From Candidatus Bathyarchaeota archaeon (GTDB lineage: Archaea > Thermoproteota > Bathyarchaeia > Bathyarchaeales > Bathycorpusculaceae): a stretch of 64,000 nt of DNA. Under the pieces are notes generated by a model. It did not search any database, was not told where the DNA came from, and was given only the letters and a program-made list of their open reading frames with translations. Location: positions 45,415 through 109,414 of the forward strand of contig CAVRFW010000008.1 in the NCBI GenBank assembly GCA_963720565.1, read 5' to 3'. The stretch's first letter is position 1. The number at the start of each line of letters is the position of its first letter. Made by a program: the position numbers and the translations under genes. Shown here in pieces: positions 1 to 9,578 of the stretch.

Positions 1-155
1 CCTGCGACTGAAGAAGTTAGAACAGCTGCATATTGCATATCCACATGTACAACGTTGCTTTGGGCGTACAAAAGTCCATATGCAGTTAGGCTACTTCCAG
101 CTAAGCAGAGAAATACGGCAACAATCAATAATGGTTTTCTATAGGTCTTCAACAA
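1..155 (-). CDS. Secreted/membrane-anchored hypothetical protein, N-terminal part (runs off the window edge)
   Basis: Not in the ORF track. GGAGGTG SD precedes a TTG at 155; reads MLKTYRKPLLIVAVFLCLAGSSLTAYGLLYAQSNVVHVDMQY... (basic N-terminus plus hydrophobic helix, signal-peptide-like). Confidence 0.6.
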   Translation of the reverse strand, partial: MLKTYRKPLLIVAVFLCLAGSSLTAYGLLYAQSNVVHVDMQYAAVLTSSVA

Positions 156-449
156 GTTTTTTCACCTCCATCAGACGATAGTTCAAGTAACAACTTGGTC
201 ACGCGTGCCAGCTGTGAACGGGTTGAATATGATTTCTGGATAGCCCTATTGCCTCACAGAAAACAACAAGCCGGCGGTTGCGTGCACGGGTGAGAAATCC
301 CGCAAGGTATTCCCTGTCACTCAGATTCGTTCACCTTGAAAACAGTCCTTGTTGGAAGATAAGTGATTTATGAACCAAAAATAACTATTCGGTATAAGGG
401 AACGTCAAAATACGCGTCTATTACGGAGCTCCCACGGCTCGCCTTACCG

Positions 450-1853
450 TTACTTCTTGCTGAATCTGGGGGTTTTTTCCCACTTGGGTGTAGTTGTCAA
501 ATTCTTGACCAATGCGGATGTTACACAAGGAATCCAGTGGTATGTATAAGCAGCCGCTATAAACACGAGAGGTATTATTTGCCACCTTGGATACTCTTTC
601 CTTTCTTTCCATAAACCATATCCAAAAAGAGGGGCAAACGAGAATCCATTCGACATCGTAAAGGCAAATGGAAAAAGATTGGCCACTTCAATTATTCCCA
701 ATAGGCTTAATCCAGTCCAAGCCCAACATACAAAAACAAAAACCGGCAATATAACATGCACTAAATATATGGAGATGTCAAGTTTGGTTTTGAGACTAAT
801 TTTTGTCCGCCAGAAACTTGGGTTAAGAACAAAGCGGTTCAGAGTCTGAATTGTTCCCCAGGCCCAACGTTCTCTTTGACGAAACATAGTAAGCAAAGTC
901 TCCGTACCCTCTTGCGAGACGTCAGTGTTGTCGATGTAAACGTTTTTCCATTGGTTGGTTAGCAGACGGACCCCCAAATCCAAGTCTTCAGTCAAAGCTC
1001 CGTTGTTCCAATATTGTTTCTGATGCTCCACAGCAATAGTATCTAGAGCAGACGCTCTAACAAATTGACCGTTTCCTCCTAGTGCAACAGATCCCGCAAA
1101 GTTTGTTCGAGCGAATTGTATGACTCTGGCGAAAGCCAAAAACTCTATGTCTTGCATTTTAGCAAGAAATGAAGTCTTGCAGTTTTTGATACGCACAAGT
1201 GTTTGAACACCTCCAACCTTAGGATCATTGAACTGAAACGAAACTTTCTTGAGCATATCAGGTTTGGGGCACGCATCGGAGTCAAAAACACCGATTATCC
1301 AGCGATGCCTGGGCGTGATTTCAATTCCACGCCAAGTGAGAAGAAAATCAGCAAATCCCAAATTCAACGCTACACTTTTTCCTCTACCCCCGTTAAATGG
1401 TTGGACATTCATCAGTTTAAGCCCGGGATATTTTCTTTGGAGATCCTTCACTACCTTTTCAGTTTCATCTGTTGAACCGTCATTGACAACTACGACTTCA
1501 AAAAGTTCAGGGGGATAATTCATGTTCAAAACGCGCTCTAGAGTTGCACGTATTACTTTCCCCTCGTTATGTGCAGGAACGACAATACTGAAGTAATGCC
1601 CGAAGTCTTCACCCTTCTTTGAATGCCCCCTGGCAATTATCGCTAACAAAAAGATGTTGTACAGAGTGCATGTTATAATGAAGTAAATTGTCAAGAGAGT
1701 TGTGTCAATAACAAGACCGGGGATCATTAAACCTACAATTAAAGTTGCACCAATAATGAATAGGGGAATAAGAAAACTCACCCCCAAAGTCACTGTGACG
1801 TAGGCAAGTCGGTCGAGTATGCGTTTAGCAGAGTAGCGAGTTATTCTCTGCAA
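450..1853 (-). CDS. Membrane GT2 glycosyltransferase, cellulose synthase/PgaC-like (processive type)
   Basis: VVPAHNE, VNDGSTD, DSD (DxD), LTEDLDL and QRERW (QxxRW) motifs; 2 N-terminal and about 3 C-terminal TM helices. Confidence 0.9.
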   Translation of the reverse strand: MQRITRYSAKRILDRLAYVTVTLGVSFLIPLFIIGATLIVGLMIPGLVIDTTLLTIYFIITCTLYNIFLLAIIARGHSKKGEDFGHYFSIVVPAHNEGKVIRATLERVLNMNYPPELFEVVVVNDGSTDETEKVVKDLQRKYPGLKLMNVQPFNGGRGKSVALNLGFADFLLTWRGIEITPRHRWIIGVFDSDACPKPDMLKKVSFQFNDPKVGGVQTLVRIKNCKTSFLAKMQDIEFLAFARVIQFARTNFAGSVALGGNGQFVRASALDTIAVEHQKQYWNNGALTEDLDLGVRLLTNQWKNVYIDNTDVSQEGTETLLTMFRQRERWAWGTIQTLNRFVLNPSFWRTKISLKTKLDISIYLVHVILPVFVFVCWAWTGLSLLGIIEVANLFPFAFTMSNGFSFAPLFGYGLWKERKEYPRWQIIPLVFIAAAYTYHWIPCVTSALVKNLTTTPKWEKTPRFSKK

Positions 1854-3193
1854 GATACCACGCTTTCATCTTTTCCCGTTTCTGCGATAAGTTCAAGGTC
1901 GTCATGTTCTGTGGCAACAGCTGGGTCTGGATTCAAGGTTTTTTCGTCTGCTACTGATGTTTTGAATTCAATCTTTCCCGCCGCTTTAATTGAACCATGA
2001 ACTACAGAATCCGCACCAATTACGACGTTTCCACCAGAAACTATGTTGCCTTCAATCACTGTTTCAGATCCTACTATTATGTCACCTAGAGCTTTCAGTT
2101 TTCGTGACATTCGGCATCTGTCGCCGATTTTTAGAGTTCCCTTAACAACTAGCAATTCATTCACATTTGTTCCTGAGGGTATTTCTAAATCTCCAATTAC
2201 TGCAGTCACGTTGTCGCCGACAGTAAAAACTTCAGCTTTGATATCGGCTGGAAAATTGGGGATTTCTTCACTCTCGGAAACGCCGTCTTTGTGAGGCTGA
2301 TAATTATTAACTATCGGCGCCTTCTGTTGAACATCTTTAATTTCAATTGGGCTGACACTCACAGACTTCTGCGGAGGATTGCACGCGTTTTGCTTAGTGA
2401 ATATTTGATCAGTTGGATAGTTTGGGTGAAACGATACGCTGGGTTCTCTCGATGTTTTGTTTGTGTCTTTCTGGCAGTATTTCACTAAAGCTGTCTTGCC
2501 GCTGACGCCGTCAATTTGTAGGGCGACCTCCTTTGAGGTCTTCGAGTCTTGAAATGTAAGCTCGTATATTGGTTTGTAGATTAAGGTACGTTCTGTGATC
2601 TCGAATACTTCTCTCATAATCTCTGCAATGTCTTTGGGTCTTTGAGCGATTTTTGCACGGAGAAATTCTATATCAGCTTCTGTTGAATTGTTACATTTCC
2701 TGAAACTCAGGTTGGCGTTTTTCGGATGTTCCAGCTGATCTTCACAGGGAGCAAAAGAAAATGTTTCAGGTGAAACCTCTCTTCTGAATCTGTCAAGAAC
2801 AAAATAGGTTTCTTTTTCGTAATGGACGATTTCTTCGCCTACGAGTTTTATGATTCTGGTTGGTTGATCACCTTCGCTTGAAGGTTCGCTCTTAAATTTT
2901 TTGCCGCCAACAAAAATCTCTCTGGTATTTTCCTCCACTTTAACGTTGCATACGTGTTGCCTACAATAATCAATTGAATAAGTTCCGCCGATGACAATAT
3001 ATGGCTCATAGTACTTCTCAAAGCCAACAAGCTGAACGGCTTCGGCATTTGGTCTTAGGAAACCGTAGTTTCTGAAGAGGGTTCTCTTCATTTGTTCGCC
3101 TTGGCTTCTAGCCATTCTGGAATCAATCCGAGACTTCAAGACTGCGGTCTTTGTGTCAACTACTTTTTGCGGCAGAACAGCTATCTCTGTCAT
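1841..3193 (-). CDS. Two-domain protein: unknown N-terminal domain, low-complexity linker, C-terminal bactofilin/polymer-forming cytoskeletal beta-helix
   Basis: C-terminal ~17-aa periodic repeats (GDLEIPSGTNVNELLVV / KGTLKIGDRCRMSRKLKA / LGDIIVGSETVIEGNIVS / GGNVVIGADSVVHGSIKA). Start placed at MTEIAV (ATG 3193); the ORF track starts at 3238. Confidence 0.7.
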   Translation of the reverse strand: MTEIAVLPQKVVDTKTAVLKSRIDSRMARSQGEQMKRTLFRNYGFLRPNAEAVQLVGFEKYYEPYIVIGGTYSIDYCRQHVCNVKVEENTREIFVGGKKFKSEPSSEGDQPTRIIKLVGEEIVHYEKETYFVLDRFRREVSPETFSFAPCEDQLEHPKNANLSFRKCNNSTEADIEFLRAKIAQRPKDIAEIMREVFEITERTLIYKPIYELTFQDSKTSKEVALQIDGVSGKTALVKYCQKDTNKTSREPSVSFHPNYPTDQIFTKQNACNPPQKSVSVSPIEIKDVQQKAPIVNNYQPHKDGVSESEEIPNFPADIKAEVFTVGDNVTAVIGDLEIPSGTNVNELLVVKGTLKIGDRCRMSRKLKALGDIIVGSETVIEGNIVSGGNVVIGADSVVHGSIKAAGKIEFKTSVADEKTLNPDPAVATEHDDLELIAETGKDESVVSCRE

Positions 3194-3358
3194 TTTAACC
3201 CACTTCCATTCTGGTTTCCCCGATTGACTAATTAGCACTTATGAATCAGTACTCCACATCTGGTTTTAGCATCCTTTTCTGAGATCAAAACATGCCATTC
3301 AGTTCACGTTCAGACTTTACAGAGCGAGAAAAAGGGCATAAATTGGAAAAAATGAATT

Positions 3359-3389
3359 AGTGAAGCGAGCATTTGCTCGTTTCTTCACT
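3359..3389 (-). terminator. Hairpin followed by a U-rich tract downstream of the Lrp-like gene
   Basis: AGTGAAG-CGAGC-attt-GCTCG-ttt-CTTCACT inverted repeat; minus strand continues AATTCATTTTTTCC. Confidence 0.55.
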
Positions 3390-3405
3390 TTTCGGGTTTC
3401 TTTCT

Positions 3406-3708
3406 TCACGGTTTAGAAGATTTTTGGTCCTCTGCGCCTCGAAGGTTTCTGTTGCCATGTGGGAATGTTGGAACAGTGTAGACTTCGGTGACGCCGGTCA
3501 TGTCTTTTACCTTTTTCTGGACAAATTCAAGTGCTTGACCACTGTCTTCAGCGTTGATCCAAATACCAACGTCCCAAGCACCGAAAATGTTCATAGTGTA
3601 GCAGAGGTCTACGCCGGAAACCGGTTTTTCAGAGAGATTGCGTATAGCGCCCAAAGTGTCCATTATCTTTCCTGGATTGAGTTTCATCAGAACCAAATAG
3701 TCAGTCAT
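3406..3708 (-). CDS. Lrp/AsnC ligand-binding (RAM) domain-only protein
   Basis: YLVLMKLNPGK...IFGAWDVGIWI...GVTEVYT pattern; no HTH domain. Confidence 0.65.
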   Translation of the reverse strand: MTDYLVLMKLNPGKIMDTLGAIRNLSEKPVSGVDLCYTMNIFGAWDVGIWINAEDSGQALEFVQKKVKDMTGVTEVYTVPTFPHGNRNLRGAEDQKSSKP

Positions 3709-3845
3709 TTTCTTAGTTTTCCTCCCGTTTTTTGTTTGAATGCTGATTCTCGTCTGATTAACTTAACATTTATGAAGCATGAATATTGATAAGCCGTCCA
3801 ACTTGTCAAGAAGCCAGATGCAAGCCATTGCCGATTCTTACGGGT

Positions 3846-4805
3846 TCAATTGAGCGTCTTAATAATCGTCTCGGCGAACAGTCTTAGTCCATCTGTGCTT
3901 GGAAGGTCTCCGAAGAGCAACATGAAGAAGGTAACGCCCAGGTCAACATACTGTTGTATTGAACGAAGGCATTGCTCAGGGGTGCCCGCAAGATTTGTCT
4001 TCGCGAAGTCACTCATGGACATATTTCGGGGTTTTCGCTGAGAGAGGCTTTCATCCAATTCTCTTCGCTGTGACGCGATAAACACTTGACCTCCAGGCCA
4101 GCATGACTTCTCGATTTCCCGATGGTCCCGGCCTATGGCTTTGCAGTACTTCTGCAGAACTGCCAGTTTATGCTTGTACTGTTCTATTGATGGCAAGTAT
4201 CCCCAATCGTACCTGTCTGCGTGTTGTGCCGTTACCTTTAACGTCAGTTTTTCTCCCCCGCCAGCTATCGTTATTGGCGGATGTGGTTTCTGTACTGGCT
4301 TGGGTTCGCAAAAAGCCTCGTCTATTTTGTAGTGTTTTCCCGCATAACTTGTTTTTTCCTGAGTCCACATTTTCTTGAGTATTTCCACGGATTCGTTAAG
4401 TTTGCTTGTCCTGTCGCTTGGTTTCGGGAAGGGTAATCCATAGGATACGTGCTCGGTTTGTTGGATGCCTGAGCCGATGCCTAGTTCTAACCTGCCTTGG
4501 GATATGTTGTCAATGGTTGCAGCCATCTTGGCAAGCAAAGCTGGGTGTCTGAAAGAATTGCAGGTCGCCATGGTTCCTAGTCTGATAGTTCTGGTTTTGG
4601 AGGATAGAGCTGAGAGAGTAGTCCAGCATTCAAGGATAGGGCTGTCTTTGAACATTAAATGGTCGTCTATCCATAATGAGTGATATCCAAGGCGTTCACA
4701 TTCGAGGGCAATGTCCTGAATATAACTGAAGTGCTGCTGGGTCTGGGGTCCTTCATGACCGAAAGCATAAAAAGGAAGAAACACGCCGAACTTGAGTTCT
4801 CTCAA
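3846..4805 (-). CDS. LLM-class (probably F420-dependent) oxidoreductase
   Basis: GYHSLWIDDH, LECWTTLSAL, RHPALLAKMAATID, GRLELGIG and PKPVQKPHPPI motifs. Confidence 0.9.
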   Translation of the reverse strand: MRELKFGVFLPFYAFGHEGPQTQQHFSYIQDIALECERLGYHSLWIDDHLMFKDSPILECWTTLSALSSKTRTIRLGTMATCNSFRHPALLAKMAATIDNISQGRLELGIGSGIQQTEHVSYGLPFPKPSDRTSKLNESVEILKKMWTQEKTSYAGKHYKIDEAFCEPKPVQKPHPPITIAGGGEKLTLKVTAQHADRYDWGYLPSIEQYKHKLAVLQKYCKAIGRDHREIEKSCWPGGQVFIASQRRELDESLSQRKPRNMSMSDFAKTNLAGTPEQCLRSIQQYVDLGVTFFMLLFGDLPSTDGLRLFAETIIKTLN

Positions 4806-4954
4806 CCGTTTCCCTAGTTAGAGTATTATGTGCAATATAATATTTAGTTGCAGAGCCCAGCCCATGGAAGAATACCGAGAATAGACGTCTTCAAGAATAG
4901 ACTTTTAACGGAATAGGATTTAAGAAAAAAGAAAGTTTGGAAAAAGAGAAAAGG

Positions 4955-6382
4955 TTAGGGCTGCCACTTTTCTATGAGATACTTCGGGATTTCTGAAGAG
5001 TCGCGTGGTCCCACTTGAACTTTCCAGCCGCTGAGCTCTTCGATTTCTCCGCTTATTCTTGAAGCTTTGCCGGGGATTATGAGTTTTCTGTGTTTCACTT
5101 TGCCTTCAATGCCTGTGGTTTTGATGGAGTCCGCGACTTTTTCTGCTGTCAATTTGCGTCCGGCGACTCCGCTGTCCACGGCTGAGCCTTCAGCGTCTAC
5201 AACGATCAGGTAAGCGTTGAGTTTCGAGCTTTCAAGGTCTGAAGCTACCGTGTAGTAGGTTAAAGCAAAGTTTGTAGTGAAGAATACCGGCGAGTTTTCG
5301 TCTGGCGTGCCGAACACTTTCAATCCTGGATCTACAGCAACTGGCTTTCTTGGGTCAGTGTAAATGTTTTGTCGAAGCACTGCGTTGGGGAGAAGTGACC
5401 ATCCGTCTGCTCCATGCATGATTAAAACGTCTGCATAGCGGACGATGAGCATGCCTGCCAGGTATGCTTCGCGCCACTTGATGATTTCGTCTGCAGCGTC
5501 ACCCTTGCCCACCCAAGCAACCATCGGAACGCCTAGTAATGGAAAACCGGCGAGTTCTTCGCCTGCCTTGCAGGCTGCTCGGCGGAGCATCGTGAAGTTG
5601 TTTAGTGTGTCAGCCATTCCTTCGTTGGCGAATGTTCCGGGGTCTAAGACTATGTCTTGTACTCCGTAGTCTTGGAGAGTTTGGGCTAACGTCACCAGCA
5701 TGTCCAGGTCGTTTGGTGCCGAAGCTACTATTGGGCAGTTGTACATTAAGGCTAGTTCAGCCATTTCTTTCCAGTTTTCCATGTTTGCCGCGTACAATAG
5801 TGGTCTGGCTTTGGGCACTGCCATCAAACCTGCTTCAGCTATGATGGAGTTCAGAGTGCACAGTATTAGTGGGAGAGTCGTGTTTTCAGAGACTTTCTTG
5901 ACGGTTGCCTTGAATTTTTCTGCGTCACCTGAGGTTGATCTGACCGCGATCATGTCCAGTTTTAGTATGTAGCCTATGTATTCGTAGCTGAATTTTTCCG
6001 TGTTCTTTATGCGCTTTAGAACTTCTTCTTCAGGCATCTCGTCTGTGACGTCAATTGCAATAGCGGTTGGATTGAAGTATGTGAACTCGTGGCGGTACAT
6101 GACGAGTTTGCCTCCAAGCTTGACGGCCTTCTCACCGACGCCAACGACTACTTCTTTTATTGCAGGTTTCAGCATTTCTTTTAGTTGTTTGTAAGCTTTC
6201 TCGTGTTCCTTCTTCAGCAAAGGCGGACACTGATCGATGTTTACTTCGCGGTTAACGATTTTTGTGGCGAAAGCCATACAGTTCTCTTGACCGCATTCTT
6301 TGCAGTTTGTCTTGGGAAGCAGTTTGTAAACGTCTATTGGACTGAGTTCTTTAACTCCGACTCTACCTTTTTTTCCACTCAT
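4955..6382 (-). CDS. cdhE: Acetyl-CoA decarbonylase/synthase gamma subunit (corrinoid Fe-S protein large subunit)
   Basis: LPKTNCKECGQENCMAFA...CP Fe-S motif, LRQNIYTDPRKP, TTNFALTY, VGPRDSS. Start taken as MSGKK (6382). Confidence 0.95.
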   Translation of the reverse strand: MSGKKGRVGVKELSPIDVYKLLPKTNCKECGQENCMAFATKIVNREVNIDQCPPLLKKEHEKAYKQLKEMLKPAIKEVVVGVGEKAVKLGGKLVMYRHEFTYFNPTAIAIDVTDEMPEEEVLKRIKNTEKFSYEYIGYILKLDMIAVRSTSGDAEKFKATVKKVSENTTLPLILCTLNSIIAEAGLMAVPKARPLLYAANMENWKEMAELALMYNCPIVASAPNDLDMLVTLAQTLQDYGVQDIVLDPGTFANEGMADTLNNFTMLRRAACKAGEELAGFPLLGVPMVAWVGKGDAADEIIKWREAYLAGMLIVRYADVLIMHGADGWSLLPNAVLRQNIYTDPRKPVAVDPGLKVFGTPDENSPVFFTTNFALTYYTVASDLESSKLNAYLIVVDAEGSAVDSGVAGRKLTAEKVADSIKTTGIEGKVKHRKLIIPGKASRISGEIEELSGWKVQVGPRDSSEIPKYLIEKWQP

Positions 6383-6396
6383 TTCATCCACATCCT

Positions 6397-7623
6397 CTAT
6401 GGTTTTGCAGAAATCCAGTCAGCGAAGCTGCTAGCGTCAGCTTTCTTGCCGCTTACTAATTGACGGGTCACGTCTTTTAGTGTCTTCACTGCAGCTGGAT
6501 GCATCATCATAAAGAGGTCTACACCTGCAAGCAGAAGTGTTAATGCAGTAGTGACTTCCCATAAGGGGCCTCTTAGCTCACGTGGTTCCCATTCGGAAGA
6601 CATTTTCAGCCATGCCTCTCGTGCAGCCCAAGCGTTAGTTGTGCCAGAAGACATTGGATGTGCCAGTTCAGCATCACCCATCAATCCGCCTATTCTTGCC
6701 CTTTCCATGTTTGTGAAAGCGTAGTCTAAACCGTAGCCGAGAGCAGCCGTTGTCAAGTCCATAACTATGTCTTCTCTGCCTAGATAATCATATAATCGCC
6801 TGTTAAGCTCGCGGGCTAAGTTCAAGTCCATTGGAGTGAAAGACAAAGCCACGTGCCCGTTTTTCTTCACGAATTTTGCGCAACGTTCGACATCCATGTC
6901 AGCAGTTAACGAACTAATTAGGAAACGCTCCCCAGCAAAGGTTTCAGTGATCTCTGCGAAAACAGCAGCGTCCTTTACTGGGTCACCGCAACCGCCTATA
7001 ACGAGCGGCACATCAACTGCTTGGGTGATTGCCTCAACAGTCTTCACAGCATCCTTGGGAGATGCATTCTTTAACAATGGATCAATGCTGATTAGATGAA
7101 CCGTTACCATGTCTGCTCCGAACTTATCAACTGCAAGTTTTGCCCAGGCTGCAGGATCTCCGACTACCTCCTTCACGTGCATCTTTACAGCCTTGGACAA
7201 TGGAACTTCCATGTCGAAGACGTCCAAGGTGACTACTGGAGGATGCGGCATTGTACTCTCAAACGAGTAGAAAGCAGGAGAGGTTTCACCGCCGATTGTG
7301 ATTGATCTTCCGCGCGTTCCACCTTCACCTCTGGTGGCGCCCAGTTTTACTTCAGCGATTTTACCGGAATAAGTCTCGATAGGGTAAGCAAATTTTGTTG
7401 AGACAAGTTGTGCAGGTTTTCCCTTCAGGGCTGCGGCTCTTAGCTGAGGCATTAGTTGCCTCGGCAATGAGCCAGATTCGAGCCATAGTTCTAGGTCTTT
7501 GACTTCTAGCTCGAAGTCTTCAAGCTCGATCTCCTGAGCCTTCGCGAGAAGGTCAAGAAGGTCTGGGCTGATTGCTAAGCCGGAGCCTTCGTCTTTCTTC
7601 TTTTTTTCGGCCACAGGCTTCAC
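6397..7623 (-). CDS. cdhD: ACDS delta subunit (corrinoid Fe-S protein small subunit)
   Basis: AALGYGLDYA, MERARIGGLMGD, TNAWAAREAW, RGPLWE and MMMHP motifs; position within the cdh operon. Confidence 0.95.
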   Translation of the reverse strand: MKPVAEKKKKDEGSGLAISPDLLDLLAKAQEIELEDFELEVKDLELWLESGSLPRQLMPQLRAAALKGKPAQLVSTKFAYPIETYSGKIAEVKLGATRGEGGTRGRSITIGGETSPAFYSFESTMPHPPVVTLDVFDMEVPLSKAVKMHVKEVVGDPAAWAKLAVDKFGADMVTVHLISIDPLLKNASPKDAVKTVEAITQAVDVPLVIGGCGDPVKDAAVFAEITETFAGERFLISSLTADMDVERCAKFVKKNGHVALSFTPMDLNLARELNRRLYDYLGREDIVMDLTTAALGYGLDYAFTNMERARIGGLMGDAELAHPMSSGTTNAWAAREAWLKMSSEWEPRELRGPLWEVTTALTLLLAGVDLFMMMHPAAVKTLKDVTRQLVSGKKADASSFADWISAKP

Positions 7624-7624
7624 C

Positions 7625-9025
7625 TTAGTTTTTCTTCTCGCTTTTCGCCGTGCGGATTATGACTTTTTTGGCGTATATTTTTGCGTCCTTTAGGATTATC
7701 TTGAAACCGCCTGCCATTATTGGCAGAGTAGCTGCTGTTGCCACGGGCATCATTACGCCTTCCTCTTTTGCTTCTTCAGGTGCGGCCTCTTCAACTGCTG
7801 CTGTCTCGGCCCATCTTTTCACGACAGGGTGGTTCTTCTCTTTCAAGAAGGCCTTCAAGGAATCGATGTTTTGCGCGTCTTCCTCAGTAGCTATTTTGTC
7901 CACAACTTCTGCTGGTACGAATTCTTTTACGCGTTCCTTTACTTCTTTTGGCAACCAGACTACACGGTTCCATCCGTCGTCTGCTGCAAGGAACTTCTTT
8001 GAGCGCATATACTCGATTGACATTCCATGGAAACCGTCTATCTGCCGTCCGCCAGCCGTTGAGTCAGCGAGAGTCGAGAATGGCAGACCGTTGACCGTCA
8101 CACCTTTGAAGCTTCTGTTGACCACGCCAAAACCGTCGACTTCTGGAATGTAGAAAGCTACCGCTTCAAAGCAGCCGCATGAAGTGTGTGGATGGTCAAA
8201 AGCTGTGTAGAGCCAGACTTGGTTAACTTCGCCCAAAGTGCGTTTCTTGACAGTTTCGTTTATGCCTGAGAACTCGCCTTTTTCCGCGTTAATCAGTTGG
8301 CCTCTTTCAATGGCGAAAACTGGTCCTTTGGGATCTATTTGTGCTGATGCTCGGCCGTCAAACCAGCTGATTGCACCGCAATTGGAGTAGCGTTGAGGTG
8401 TGATGACACATACGTGGCTAGGAGCGAATGATTGGCATAGAACGCAACCGTAGAATTTGTCAACTTCCTCATCTTTGAGGCCTCTGGCTTTGGCGTCTCT
8501 TGTCTCGTAGGCTTGCATGGCTTCGGGATACATTTCTTGTACTTTGGCTGGGTCGGTGATGAAGGTTATCTGGACTTTTTCGATTATTGGAAGTTCGCTC
8601 TTGAATAGTGTGTGAAGAACTTTGCCGATGTACTCGAAAGAGTTCAGGCCCTTCTGGAAGGCTTTCTTGCCTAAGCGCATCCAGATGTCGTAGCGCTGGT
8701 TAAGGTGCATGAAGCCTTCGATGTAGTTCAGATAGCCGTGTATACGCCTTTCGATTACTCCTTCAAGCTGCGGGTCAAGCGTTGATCCAGCGGCTTCTAC
8801 TAGAATTCCAAGAGGTGAGACACTACCTTCTTTCATGTCTTTGATGTCAGGGCCGATTATCGTTACTTTTCCATCTTCAACTTCGTCTAGGGGTCTTACT
8901 TTGGCTAATTCGAATTTTTCTTTGACTGTTGGACCACCGAGTTCTACTTGCATGTCGTTTCTGCGGATGCGTTCGCCCTCGTATATTACGCCAACATCTA
9001 CTGGTATGTCTTTAAACATTGACAT
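7625..9025 (-). CDS. cdhC: ACDS beta subunit (acetyl-CoA synthase, A-cluster)
   Basis: YEGERIRR, CVLCQSFAPSHVC, HTSCGCFE. Start MSMFKD (9025) follows a GGAGG SD. Confidence 0.95.
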   Translation of the reverse strand: MSMFKDIPVDVGVIYEGERIRRNDMQVELGGPTVKEKFELAKVRPLDEVEDGKVTIIGPDIKDMKEGSVSPLGILVEAAGSTLDPQLEGVIERRIHGYLNYIEGFMHLNQRYDIWMRLGKKAFQKGLNSFEYIGKVLHTLFKSELPIIEKVQITFITDPAKVQEMYPEAMQAYETRDAKARGLKDEEVDKFYGCVLCQSFAPSHVCVITPQRYSNCGAISWFDGRASAQIDPKGPVFAIERGQLINAEKGEFSGINETVKKRTLGEVNQVWLYTAFDHPHTSCGCFEAVAFYIPEVDGFGVVNRSFKGVTVNGLPFSTLADSTAGGRQIDGFHGMSIEYMRSKKFLAADDGWNRVVWLPKEVKERVKEFVPAEVVDKIATEEDAQNIDSLKAFLKEKNHPVVKRWAETAAVEEAAPEEAKEEGVMMPVATAATLPIMAGGFKIILKDAKIYAKKVIIRTAKSEKKN

Positions 9026-9029
9026 TTTT

Positions 9030-9572
9030 TTATTGTCCTCCTTCAAACTTTGAAGTCATGACTGTGAGATTGTTCGCCCACTCTTCCAGAGAGGCATTTG
9101 GGAAAGACCAACTTGCGTGAGCGTGGAACAAGTTGTCCAGAGTTATGGTTTTGAGGTCTGGAGCGAAGTGTTTGAGCCCACAGATAATCAGTCCCTCCAT
9201 GTAGTAGGGCATACCTACGAACAATGCTAGGTCGTATGGTCCTTTGCCGTCTAGTCCTTGCCATTCTGGGTCTACAAGCCTGTTGCCTATGTCCATTGCG
9301 GACATGAAGCCAGCCGGGGTGTAGCCGCGTTTAAGGAATTCGCCTACCATGTGGGCTGTAGCGACGACTGGAACTTTGGATGCTCTTGCGAAGTCAATGA
9401 GGTATTCGATGAGCGGTTTGCCTTCCATGAATCTTTCAACTGCGTAGCTTCCGACCACGAGAATTGGGCGTTTGGCTCTTTTCACCATGGCGACTACTAT
9501 TTCTGGTTTCTGAATCGCGTTTGCTTTCTTTGTGGCTGCTATTTCGGCACATTGCCAGGGTTCACATGACAT
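9030..9572 (-). CDS. cdhB: ACDS epsilon subunit
   Basis: EPWQCAEI, KRAKRPILVVG, WQGLDGKGPYDL, LKHFAP, ASWSFPN. Confidence 0.93.
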   Translation of the reverse strand: MSCEPWQCAEIAATKKANAIQKPEIVVAMVKRAKRPILVVGSYAVERFMEGKPLIEYLIDFARASKVPVVATAHMVGEFLKRGYTPAGFMSAMDIGNRLVDPEWQGLDGKGPYDLALFVGMPYYMEGLIICGLKHFAPDLKTITLDNLFHAHASWSFPNASLEEWANNLTVMTSKFEGGQ

Positions 9573-9578
9573 TCATTA

